Source: Guillardia theta CCMP2712
Taxonomy: Eukaryota > Protista > Cryptophyta
Direction: 5' to 3'
DNA: 36,225 bases
Assembly (NCBI RefSeq): GCF_000315625.1
Contig: NW_005434673.1
Location: 1,346,818 to 1,383,042 of the forward strand
Shown: piece after piece, positions 1 through 10,333 of the stretch
How positions within the stretch are numbered: position 1 is the first letter of the stretch
Layout of the letters: each line of letters opens with the position of its first letter
Notes under the pieces: model-generated
Databases searched by the model: none
The model's input: only the letters and a program-made list of their open reading frames with translations
What the model was told of the DNA's origin: nothing
Program-made: the position numbers and the translations under genes

Positions 1-29
1 TCCTCCTCCTCCTCCTCACGGCCTAGCAG

Positions 30-849
30 GGAGAAGTTCTGGGCATCACACGGTTCGGGTTAGCCAAGATGAAGGAGTCAGTGATGATGCTTGCGTCCTT
101 TGAGAAGGTTTGCCATCCTCCTCCTCCCTCCTCCCGTTGCCATCCCTCTCCTCCCTTCTCCTCCTTCTGCCTTCCCGCCCTGCCTCTTCCCTCCTCTCTT
201 TCTCCCTCCCCTCTCGATCTCCCTTCGCTCTTCCTGCCTTCTCGCTCCCTCCTCTCCTCCTCTCCATTCCCGCCTCTCCTCTGAGCATGGAGCAGACGGT
301 GGATCACCTCTATGACGCTGCCATCCACGGTCGATCGGATCAGATTAGCGGAGTGAGCGAGTGCATCATCATGGGGACACCCGTCCAGGTTCTTCTCAGC
401 TCCTCCTCCCTCCTCCCTCCTCCCTCCTCCCTCCTCCCTCCTCCCTCCTCCCTCCTCTCCCCTTTGGCTCTCCTCTCCCCTCCTCTCTCCTCTTCCCTCC
501 GCTCCATTCCTCTCCCTCCCTCCCCCTCCCTCTTCCCCCCTTTTTGTCTCTCATTTCTCTTGCTCGGCTCCTCCACCAACTTGCTTGTTCCTCCTACCTA
601 CATCGCTACCTGTGCTCTCCCACTATCCTGCGCTCTTCCTCGCTGTCGCTTCCTCTTGTAAAATCCTGCACACAGATCGGGACAGGATCCTTCAAGGTGC
701 TGCATCAGACGGACCCGCAGGACGCGGTCAGGCCGAGGAGGAGGTAACATGGCGATGTATCGCTTCTGCCCGATGACAATCATTGCAGGATGCCCCTAAT
801 GCGACTAACGGCAGAGGAGAAGCACTTGGACTTCTTGAGCTCACTCTAG
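30..849 (+). CDS. RPC1: RNA polymerase III largest subunit (RPC1/POLR3A), C-terminal exons; gene begins upstream of the window
   Basis: Exons 30-107, 296-388, 676-743 and 789-849 are joined by GT-AG introns. They give [68 protein letters not shown]...[20 protein letters not shown]. [23 protein letters not shown] and GVSECIIMG are diagnostic of Pol III, and there is no CTD heptad tail. Confidence 0.93.
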
Positions 850-1077
850 AGCAGAGGACGGGGAAAGGGGGCAGGGAGGGGAGGGGGGGGAAAGGAGAAG
901 TGAATGAAGGTCTAGACCAGGAGGATGGAGGAGGAGGATAGTCACTTGGTAAGCCCCGTGAGCAATCTTAAGTTCAAAAACAAACAAAATGAGTTGAAGG
1001 CTTCCGAGTTTTTGAGCCTTTTGTTCTCTCTCAAGGGAAAAGCAGCGGGGGAGGCGGAGGAACGTAGATCTGCTCCC

Positions 1078-1269
1078 TCACTTCTTCAAGTTCCTGCTGT
1101 AAAGGTTCGGGTTGGCGTTGCTGAAGCTGGAGCCAACCTGACAAGAACTCAGCCTTTCCCCTCATCCACCTCCAAACCTGCTCATCCCTTCCCATATTGC
1201 CCCCATTCTTTCCCTTCTTTTTCAACAACCTCCCTCCTCTTCCTCTTCCTCCTCCTCCTCCTCCTCCTT

Positions 1270-1321
<52 letters not shown>

Positions 1322-2571
1322 GACTTCAGCTTACCGCACACTGGCTCATCTTGCCAACGCCAACACCCCTGCAAGCACATGAGACGAGAGGCGGAGGAGA
1401 GGAGCAAACTTCACTTCTTGCACTCCGGGATCGCTCCAACACCCCAGTCATCGGAATCAAGACCTGTCCCTCCCTTGAGCATCTCTACACGCGCCTGTCT
1501 CCTCCTTTACCTGCGGGCTTGCCGGCAGACCTGTAGGCCAGCAGTGCGCTCTATGAGCAAGAGGGTCAGGGTTGAGAGAGAGGCAAGCGCCAGCGCATGC
1601 CTGCATGGACTTGGCGATGCTGACTGCCTTGGACGAGTCCTTCTTGCTGACTGCCTGCATGCCATCTGAGCAAACGTCGGCTTTTTCACACCATCCCACC
1701 TGCTTGAAGTCCTTGTAGTCACGGTCGTACTCGTCAGCCGCCTTCCCCATCGCCTCCATGAACTTGGACTGGATGGAGAGACCGCCTCCTCCCAGCGCTG
1801 AGACATAGAGCTTCATCGCTCCTGTCACGTCAGCTGGGCCCTGCGTATTCTTCAACCCTTTCCTTCCTGCAGGAACTTGGGCTACCTTGGCGAACTGCTC
1901 CACCGTCTTCCAATCGGGGGATGCCTCCTGGATGGTTTGAATGGTCTCCTGGAGGCCGTCATAAGCTCCCTTCACCCTCGGAAGGTAGCGCTTGCGAGCT
2001 GTTGGAAACTGCCAGAGGCCCTTGAGCTTGAGAACCAGATGAAGAAATTCACTCACATAGTAATCACCACGAAGGTTAGATCCCATCTCCACTTGCACAG
2101 GGCCATTCTCCTCCTCGAAAGCCTTTGCCTTCTGGTCGAGCTCTTGCCTCCTCTTCTCCATCTCCTCGCGCTCTTTCGCTATCCTTGCCTGCACCCCAGT
2201 CATCGTGAACCTCTCCAACCTACACTGTTTGGTACCTTCCTCTCCTCAATTGTCTCTACAGTTCCATCAGGAGCCACCAAGGTGCTCCTTGCCTTCTTGG
2301 CCGCAGCAGGATCTGCGTGCAACAAGAAGCTGCCGGTGGTGACAGCAGCAGCCAGCAGCACATTCCTCCTGCTCGTGGTCTCCATACTCATCTTACAGCT
2401 GGAGCTGCGGGTAGAACCCTTCCCTCCGACCAAGGCTGGAGAGAACCCGGCGAAGGCCATCGGGGGAGATGACAATGAGGAGGATAGTGCCATCGAGGAG
2501 CATGTAGGGAGCTCAACGCCAGCGGCTGAAGCCACGGAGGAGAGAGCAGCGATAGCTAGTACCCGCGCCAT
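1078..2571 (-). CDS. Nucleus-encoded plastid thylakoid-lumen protein (helical, PsbQ/Psb31-like character), multi-exon
   Basis: Leader comprises a signal peptide (MARVLAIAALSSVASA), an S-rich transit-like stretch and a twin-arginine lumen signal (SRRNVLLAAAVTTGSFLLHADPAAA). In-phase spliced exons continue through ARIAKEREEMEK..., FPTARKRYLPRVKGAYDGL..., GAMKLYVSAL..., SALLAYRSAGKPA-GLDSDDWGVGAIPECKK-GVGVGKMSQCA-VGSSFSNANPNLYSRNLKK*. Family assignment and the exact last exon are uncertain. Confidence 0.7.
1232..1320. repeat. (CCT)n-(CAT)n compound microsatellite inside an intron
   Basis: Directly visible. It explains the spurious poly-I/H/D ORFs here. Confidence 0.9.
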
Positions 2572-2999
2572 GGCGAACGACCGTGTAGCACCACCCCACG
2601 CAGGATGCTCCATCTGTACATAAAAGGGGTACTTTAGACTGTTTATTCCTCTATTTGGTAGTGGTGGGTGGGATAATTCGCAGGGGTAGGGTAGAGGGGT
2701 CGTTGTTATAAAGGTCTGTAATAAAAGTTTTAGTCACTACACTGAGGGAAGCCCACTTCCCCGCGGCGCTCAGGCGCGCGGCACCCGGCGGCGGGCGGGC
2801 CGGCCCGGCACTGTGGCACAGTGACCCAGCCTGCGGACCGTACAGTGACACGACTGACAGTGACGGACAGCGGGGCCTTCCGAGTACGGGTGGCTTCCAG
2901 GCTTATCCGAGCCTCCGCGAGCCTCGGAGTCCGACCGTCCGACTCCAGGCGGCCAGGCGGCACTGAAGCTTCCCTAGCAAAAGATGAGTCCGCCGCAGT

Positions 3000-3290
3000 G
3001 ACGGAATACAAGTTTGTTAGACTTGTACTAGTCCAAAGTCACGCAGATATCACATCGACCTTAGTTGTAACAAGACAGTTTTTGCTCAAGACCGAGTTTA
3101 ATGACAGTGCCGCGTGACACAAAACCAGACTGAGAATTGACTCAGAGGAGCACATGAGAGATAGACTGTATGCTAGGCCGTGATGTGAAACCCAAGCATC
3201 CAGACATGAGAGGACCTTAGCAAGAAAGCTAGGAAAGCCCCCTCTTCGTCCCACACGCTACATTGGCCGCCTCGCCACGTAAGTCGTCTT
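3000..3290 (+). repeat. Direct repeat, copy 1 (~290 bp)
   Basis: Near-identical to 4203-4484 (gacggaatacaagtttgttagacttgtactagtcc ... cgccacgtaagtcgtctt), apart from small indels. Confidence 0.93.
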
Positions 3291-3576
3291 AGTTTCCTGA
3301 GACAGTACGTTACATCGGACGTCAGAAAGTCCGACAAACAAGAGAATGTCAGCAGAGTTCCAAGTCGAGATACGATAAGATTGTCTGCGTCAAGTTCACA
3401 GTTATGCTGAGCGGGCAATAACCATTCAAAGATTGTCCATTCTGAAGAAGATTTTCATGCAGGGCTATTAGATGTGCAGTAAAGAGATAAGGGAGACTCT
3501 TCAGATGCCTGGCGAGCTGATGCAATGACGAGAGAAGGAGGATAAGATAAGAGAGTCTGAGGAGAGAACTTCAGAT

Positions 3577-3579
<3 letters not shown>

Positions 3580-3619
<40 letters not shown>
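3580..3619. repeat. (AG)n dinucleotide microsatellite
   Basis: About 20 AG units, visible directly. Confidence 0.95.
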
Positions 3620-3624
<5 letters not shown>

Positions 3625-4202
3625 GTGGCGGCCCGCCGGCATTTGAAGACCAAAAGATAAATTTTTGAACCGTAAAGAACTTGTGACCAGAGATTGCTGC
3701 CGCGAGATTGGAACATCCGTTTCAAGGCATTTGAAGATTGTTGTGCAGTTGTACCTTGTTCGCCGATCCAGAAGTAGCTCCAGTTATGCATGATGCCACA
3801 GCCTAGCTCCATCATCGGACATGAAACTTCCGCCAGATCTCCTGGGCCCTGAGTTCGGCCATTTGATCCTACTCAAAGATCAAGAAAATAAGAATCGAAT
3901 ACTAGCCGCTCCACGTGTGTTTCCACAGTTCGAGTCAGATATTCGACCGACCAATCTGGCTGGGGAAGGCTTGTTTTTTCAATTCGAAGGAGGCTGCGAT
4001 AGGCCTAAACAACTTGCGGCTAGAGAGAGAGCCTGATTGAAGAGAGGAGTCATCCGAACTTGATGTGTAAGGCTTGATAGAATTGCATGAATTTTCGACA
4101 GCAACGAAACACTGATACCAAGAAAGAAAAAACTCCAGTAAACAATTCAACTAACCAAACATAAGATCAACATGATTGAGCATGTAATCGAGGCTCATAA
4201 CC

Positions 4203-4484
4203 GACGGAATACAAGTTTGTTAGACTTGTACTAGTCCAAAGTCACGCAGATATCACATCGACCTTAGTTGTAACAAGACAGTTTTTGCTCAAGACCGAGT
4301 TTAATGACAGTGCACACAAAACCAGAATTGACTCAGAGGAGCACATGAGAGATAGACTGTATGCTAGGCCGTGATGTGAAACCCAAGCATCCAGACATGA
4401 GAGGACCTTAGCAAGAAAGCTAGGAAAGCCCCCTCTTCGTCCCACACGCTATATTGGCCGCCTCAGCGCCACGTAAGTCGTCTT
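4203..4484 (+). repeat. Direct repeat, copy 2 (~280 bp)
   Basis: Matches 3000-3290. The minus-strand ORFs 3039-3254 and 4242-4445 are nearly the same peptide. Confidence 0.93.
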
Positions 4485-4740
4485 GGTTTACATGAGAGTT
4501 TTTGTTAACTCGGCGCTATCTGACTGGCACGGCTGCCTCGCGGCCGGCGAGGCTCCGAGTTTTGGGGTGGCACTGGCTTTCGGGGACTCGGGAGGGGGTG
4601 GGTATCATGGCAGTCAGCTCAGGGCCGGGTCCGCTCGCGGAGTCCGACCGGAATCAGGTAGCCTAGTAGGCCCGGCTCAGTACGCCGGGTATTTGCTGGT
4701 ATTGGGTATGAGGGGGATGATCGCCGTCGCTAATACAAAC

Positions 4741-5598
4741 ATGTCGGCTGCGGGCGGCAGCAGGTCGAGCAAGAGGAGGAGGCTGGAGGGATCAGACGAG
4801 GCGAGGGAGGAGGGAGGAGAAGAAAGGAACGCAAAGGGAACGAAGAAGAGATCGCCAACACGAGGAAGTACTTGCGAGCATGGACGGCAGCGATCGGTCT
4901 GCAAGGGATGCGGGGGCAGTGGCATATGCGAGCACGGGCGGGTCAGATCGGTCTGCAAGGAGTGCGGGGGGGGCAGCATATGCGAGCACGGGCGGATCAG
5001 ATCGCAATGCAAGGGATGCGGGGGGGCAAGCATATGCGAGCACGGGCGGATCAGATCGGTCTGCAAGGAATGCGGGGGCAGCAGCATATGCGAGCACGGG
5101 CAGCAGCGATCGCAATGCAAGGGATGCGGGGGCAGCGGCATATGCGAGCACGGGCGGCGGCGATCGCAATGCAAGGGATGCGGGGGCAGCAGCATATGCG
5201 AGCACGGGCGGGTCAGATCGGTCTGCAAGGAGTGCGGGGGGGGCAGCATATGCGAGCACGGGCGGATCAGGTCAAAATGCAAGGGATGCGGGGGCAGCGG
5301 CATATGCGAGCACGGGCGGATCAGATCAACATGCAAGGGATGCGGGGGCGGGAGCATATGCGAGCACGGGCGGGTCAGATCGGTCTGCAAGGGATGCGGG
5401 GGCAGCAGCATATGCGAGCACGGGCGGCGGCGATCGCAATGCAAGGGATGCGGGGGCAGCAGCATATGCGAGCACGGGCGGATCAGATCCATATGCAAGG
5501 AGTGCGGGGGGGGCAGCATATGCGAGCACGGGCGGGTCAGATCGAGGTGCAAAGAATGCGGGGGAGGGAGCAGCAGGTACAAGCAGGGGAGGAGCTGA
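4741..5598 (+). CDS. CEHG-repeat protein: basic NLS-like N-terminus plus 13 tandem 18-aa CxH-x6-CxxC putative zinc-binding modules
   Basis: ATG at 4741 gives MSAAGGSRSSKRRRLEG...KKRSPTRGST, followed by 13 units of CEHG-x2-RS-x-CK[GE]CGG-x2-I. It may splice onward at cag|gtacaag near 5577. Confidence 0.75.
   Translation: MSAAGGSRSSKRRRLEGSDEAREEGGEERNAKGTKKRSPTRGSTCEHGRQRSVCKGCGGSGICEHGRVRSVCKECGGGSICEHGRIRSQCKGCGGASICEHGRIRSVCKECGGSSICEHGQQRSQCKGCGGSGICEHGRRRSQCKGCGGSSICEHGRVRSVCKECGGGSICEHGRIRSKCKGCGGSGICEHGRIRSTCKGCGGGSICEHGRVRSVCKGCGGSSICEHGRRRSQCKGCGGSSICEHGRIRSICKECGGGSICEHGRVRSRCKECGGGSSRYKQGRS
4873..5574 (+). repeat. Coding minisatellite, 13 x 54 bp
   Basis: Unit tgcgagcacgggcgg...ggcagcata. 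Units 2 and 7 are identical, as are units 6 and 11. Confidence 0.95.
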
Positions 5599-5767
5599 TC
5601 AGGTGCGGACAAGATGTTGCTGTGTAGCAGGATGACTGGTTTGCAGGATCAGGAGGTGGGCGCCGGGAGGTTGTTGGGTTCGTGCCAGTCAGATAGCACC
5701 CAGAGTTGTTTAATTGAGTTGAACTATCCAGTCGGGAGCATATGCTCATGTGAAGTTTATGATATCT

Positions 5768-7500
5768 CTACTCTTCACCTTTGTGTGCGATCCAGCGGAG
5801 GTGCCTTGAGCACTTGCTACGGTAGACGTCTGCAGCCCGTGTAGCTTCGGGGGTACGGGTGGCTTCCCTCATCCTGATAGGAAGAGGAGCAGACGCTTGT
5901 GAGAAGCGAGAGCACGCGCCAGGGGAGTCCTCCCGTACAGCAAGGAGCACCATACCTTGCCCTTCTCTCAGCCTGCAGAAGGATCAGCTGAGCTACAAGA
6001 GTCTGTTCTCTCCTCTGAAGCCCTCGAGGTCTAGTGCAGCGATGGCTACCATCTCCGATGTACTCCTTCACTTCCGGTCCTACTCGCAGCTCCTGAGCGC
6101 CGCCGGGCTGTCAGAGCTACAAAGGATACTCCACTCCAGTGTGAACCTGCTGAAAAGAACCACCTCTTGAGGTCTTTGTAGCAGGACTAGTGTACCCCTG
6201 GGGAGAAAAGGTTGTCAACTTCCAAGCAGAGGACCACTGCTTCCTCCAGCAAGGAGCACTACCCCTAGTGCTTCCCTTAGCCTATATAAGGATCAGCCTC
6301 TTCAGCTAGAAGGGCGCTGATCTAGCATCGCTAGCAGACTCGACATCACATCACTTTACCTCTATGTGCGATCCAGCGGACCTGCCTTGAGCATTCGCTC
6401 TAGACGTCTGCATACCGTAAAGCTTCGGGGGGTGGCACGAGGCATGCCGACGGGTCGGCGGTAGGAGCTGCCTGGAAGCTCCTCTCCTCGCGTCATCGCA
6501 AGCTGACTCGCCGCTACTGCCGTTGCTCCAACCGCGAGCAAGGCGGAGAGTGGTCGTGCTTATGCTTGCGACTCGTCTCTCAGTCCGTCGCGCTTTCTAC
6601 CTTGCGGCAGCCATCTCTGGCAAGAGCGTCTGTACAGCTTCATATTTGTCCTGTCTAGTTTCTGTCTAGAAGTAGTGCAAGGCCCCTGCTAAGGTCACTC
6701 TGCCATACTACAGTGCTACACCGGCCTGGCTCCTGATTCAGCTACACTTCCACACTGCTACCCACGGCACGGGAGTGGAACTACCCGGGTACGGCCCTGG
6801 AACTGACTGTACACTGCGCCCTCGGGATCTGCCGCCATGACCGTAGGCTACCGTAGACAAGTCTCCGGATGTCCAATCTTTGGTTCTTTCGCCTGATCAC
6901 GCAGTTATCCAGCACCTGCCGATGAGTCTCTGCTCCAGCTGATCAGCGGCAAGTCATCAACTTCCCCCTGTTGACTTTCACTGTGCAGACTCAACGGTCC
7001 CCCCGAGGACGTGGCAGTGACAGCACAGTGAAGGATGAGGAGGCTGGGCGAGCACAAGAGAAGGTCGGACGGCACCATACCGGACACACCCACACTGACT
7101 CGGCTACCAGAGAGAACGCAACGTGACTCTCGAGGTCAAGATGCTTGACAGCCAGTCCTGGCCGCAAGGCTTCTGCCATGTTTGATCCTCTCCATCGCAC
7201 CATCATGTCCCTTACCTGTAAGACGCTCAGCGTTGGTCTCCTCCCGTCAGCCAACTTCTGTTTCCTCCTGTGTGCAGACACAAGCAAAAAGACGTCCTCA
7301 TTGTCTTGCCATCGCCGCTCTGACTCCACCGCTCCTCGCGTAGACGGATGCTCCTACTAGCTCTCTTACTCACATGAGGACTAAGCTGCTTCCTTCCGTG
7401 CTCCCATCATGATCTCTGCCTCTCATACACGCTCCTCAGCCGTCTCAGATCAATCTTCCAGCAACCGCCGACACTCTATCCCAGACTAATCATGCAGCAA
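5768..7500 (-). pseudogene. Decayed coding sequence or repeat remnant of unknown identity
   Basis: One minus-strand frame reads as protein-like (…SEMVAIAALDLEGFRGENRLL*LS*SFCRLREGQGMVLLAVRED…) but is broken by TAG/TGA stops. It contains an internal diverged duplication (~5773-5853 vs ~6354-6432). Boundaries are approximate. Confidence 0.35.
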
Positions 7501-10333
7501 ACACTACCACATGGCTTCTCCTTCTTCTCCTTCATCACCTCTCCAGGTGCTCCCTCCCCGCTATCCGCCCTCCCTGGATTTCCTCGCTTACAAATCCAGC
7601 AGATACCCTCCAAGTGGTCTCACGTGGACCTCCCGAAGCGACCCCCTTATATGAAGGCTGCCAGGAGTTCTAGGACAGCCGAGTCGGAGTGGACGGCGGC
7701 GTGCCGCGGGCCACTGTGACGGCCCGGTCTGCGGCGGGCCCATCAGTCACGCCGGCAGGCCCGGGCCCCGGCCGGGCCACCCGGGCGGCCGGCGCTCAGC
7801 CGCGCCGGCGGGCGGTCTGTCGGACCGTGCCATCACTGTCCACCACGTCACTGATGAGTCACCGCCGGCGTCCTGACGAAACTTTTCTACCGATCGACCT
7901 TGACGGTCATGCAAGTCACGGACGGCCCGCGCTGGTTACACCAGGGGAGGGCTCTAGAAGTTCCCAGACGCCGCGACAACTTCGGAAAACAGCCGACCAA
8001 GTCAGCATAAGGGCGGAGACGACCTGTCTCGAATAATCGAGAGGAGTGTAGAAGGGGCGAGAGGTGGGGCAAGTTTTTTAAAAAAGGCTGGTACTAAACT
8101 AATCCCTTGAAAAGATTCATTTTCAACAGAAACACTTCTAAATTGTTTTATTTATAAGACACAGAACGTCTCGGCGCATCTGGAATGGGACCCCTCAAAG
8201 AGCCCTCTACGGGAGGGGTGGACTCGGACAAGGTTCACAATATCATGATGGCAGGGTGGGAGGAGCAAGAAGGATTGAAAAAGTCAGTAATTTGGGGGTA
8301 TTTGGATGCTAATCAAGGGGTGGGGGGTGGAGTCCCCCAGGGTAGTTGCTCAGGGTTCCTTTTTGAGATACTACGACCCACCCTCGTTTGACCTTTCAGA
8401 TACACCGGTGCTTCCTATGCGTACTCGGACTCGCATCCCGATACGTACTTGAAGGTCCTAGGAGGCTAATAGTTTACTTTTAGGTCCTATAACCCACCCA
8501 CCTCTGGCTGACCATGAACTTGTGCGTTCATATCACCCCAACCCCTATATTCCCTGTTCCTAATACCCCTGTGATTGGACTGAGGGTCTCTTTGGTAGCA
8601 TTGTGATACTCTTCCTACGAGTTCCTATGACCACATAAAATGTCTAAATTGATTTTATTTCATCCCCCTACTGTCGCGCGACTACTCCCAAACCTTCCAG
8701 AAGAATTTTGGCCCCCCCGCCCTCCACCTACCCCTCGAAAAGAAGTTTCCACTACCCACTACCCCATATTTGGTAGATGTTTGAGATGTCACCCTTCCAA
8801 ATCTCACTTTGTTTTCAATGTACCCGTTAAAATACCCAAAATATATCATCTCTACATAGGTAGGGTTGTACTGGAACCCTTGAATCTGATCAATTTTTGT
8901 ACACCCCCCCTTCTTCAAACTCATCTAGTACCCCCTACCCTAGCCATTTCGTTTCTGTTCGCTCGTTCTTTTACACATCCATCGTGTTACCACCACCTCC
9001 CACACACACCCCTGCTTACTGACAAAATACCCACCCTCAGTTTGACAACCCCAGTAAAATCTATTATGGGTTTCTAGTGTCCTGTTGGAGCCCTTGGGGA
9101 AATATATCCCCCTGAATACTATTGTCACACTTATATTTTCTTCCCTCTTCACACATACCTCTGGCAAATTCATCCCTTGGTCTCCAGCACCCCCCGGAAA
9201 AACACCAATTCTCAAGTAATTCATCTAAAGGACCGGTACATAAGTACCCCCACCAAACCTTTTTCTCCCCTTTCAACACTTAAGTCCCACCCTTTAATTC
9301 TTGCCCCTGCACACCCCACCCCAGATAGAGACACGTCATGACCCCCACCCTACTTCTTTACCTCAATTTACCCACCCTCCGTAGTACCATCATTACCAGT
9401 ATAGAAGGCCCCACCCTCGATTCAGACATGCACCCCATTGGGGGCTGTACCCACCCCACTATCCAGTCGTTATTGAGTACCATGCTTGATCCGGCTGAAA
9501 GGACCGGTTCTGTGCATACCACCCCCATGTTTTTCCCCTGTACTGATCTTCCGACCCACCCGCCCATGGCGCGCTAGCGGTCGTGTAGTTCATTTATGCA
9601 GGGTCGCGTCACTTGGGCATGCTGACAAGTGCGAAGTGATTGTGTGATGTAGTGTTCGTGTTTGCACCAACATCATTCATCATTTCCACATGATACATTA
9701 CGATTGATTGTAATCCATCTAAAAAACGTTCCCATGAGGAAGGAGTGACAAATTGGAGAGGTGTACAGCCGCGTGCTTGATGAAGAGGTTCATTGTTTTC
9801 CCATCTTCCATCGTCCCATTTCGTGATTCCTGTCTGTTTCTGCCCCTTACGCTCGTTTCCCATATTGTTGTGAGATGAAAGTAGTCACAAACAAAAATAC
9901 TCGGCCAAGTAGAAAGGGAGCGAACTGTTGGTTAGGATCAGACTTGTGTGTATGATAAAGAACTTCCATAGTCTTGTGTATCTTTTTAGACAGATGCTGC
10001 GGTGCTCGTTACTGCACATGTAAGGAGGGCTTCCAGTACGAGATCCTGCATGAGAGAAGAGAGTTCGCGTTTGGGGATGTTGATGGAGGAAGGAAAAGGA
10101 TCATGTTGCACTTTCATACAAAACTTCTCTGACACCTGGTTTACCCAGACATCCTTCATTTGCAATTCATCGTTAAACATTACCATTGGACAAAACGTAT
10201 CGGCAGTGAATGGGTGGTGTTGAGCACTGCTACATGACGACATACATCGGTTTCTACCTTGCCAGATCTGAGGCAATTACATCAACTTGTTAGATCGATA
10301 AGTCAAGCGCTTTAATAACAGCGCAGCTCAACG

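Noticed and set aside
23-1536. Poly-S/P/L/I/H/D/E ORFs on both strands
   Set aside because: They are translations of intronic CT/GA and CAT microsatellites.
4873-5574. Possible CRISPR-like array
   Set aside because: Units are contiguous coding repeats with no unique spacers and no cas genes, in a eukaryotic context.
4677-5635. Long ORFs in several frames and on both strands over the CEHG array (apparent overlapping genes)
   Set aside because: A stop-free 54-bp unit keeps all frames open automatically. Only the CEHG frame has a coherent metal-ligand pattern.
9609-10276. Short ORFs upstream of the HMG-TBP gene
   Set aside because: No recognisable motif and no convincing spliced model.
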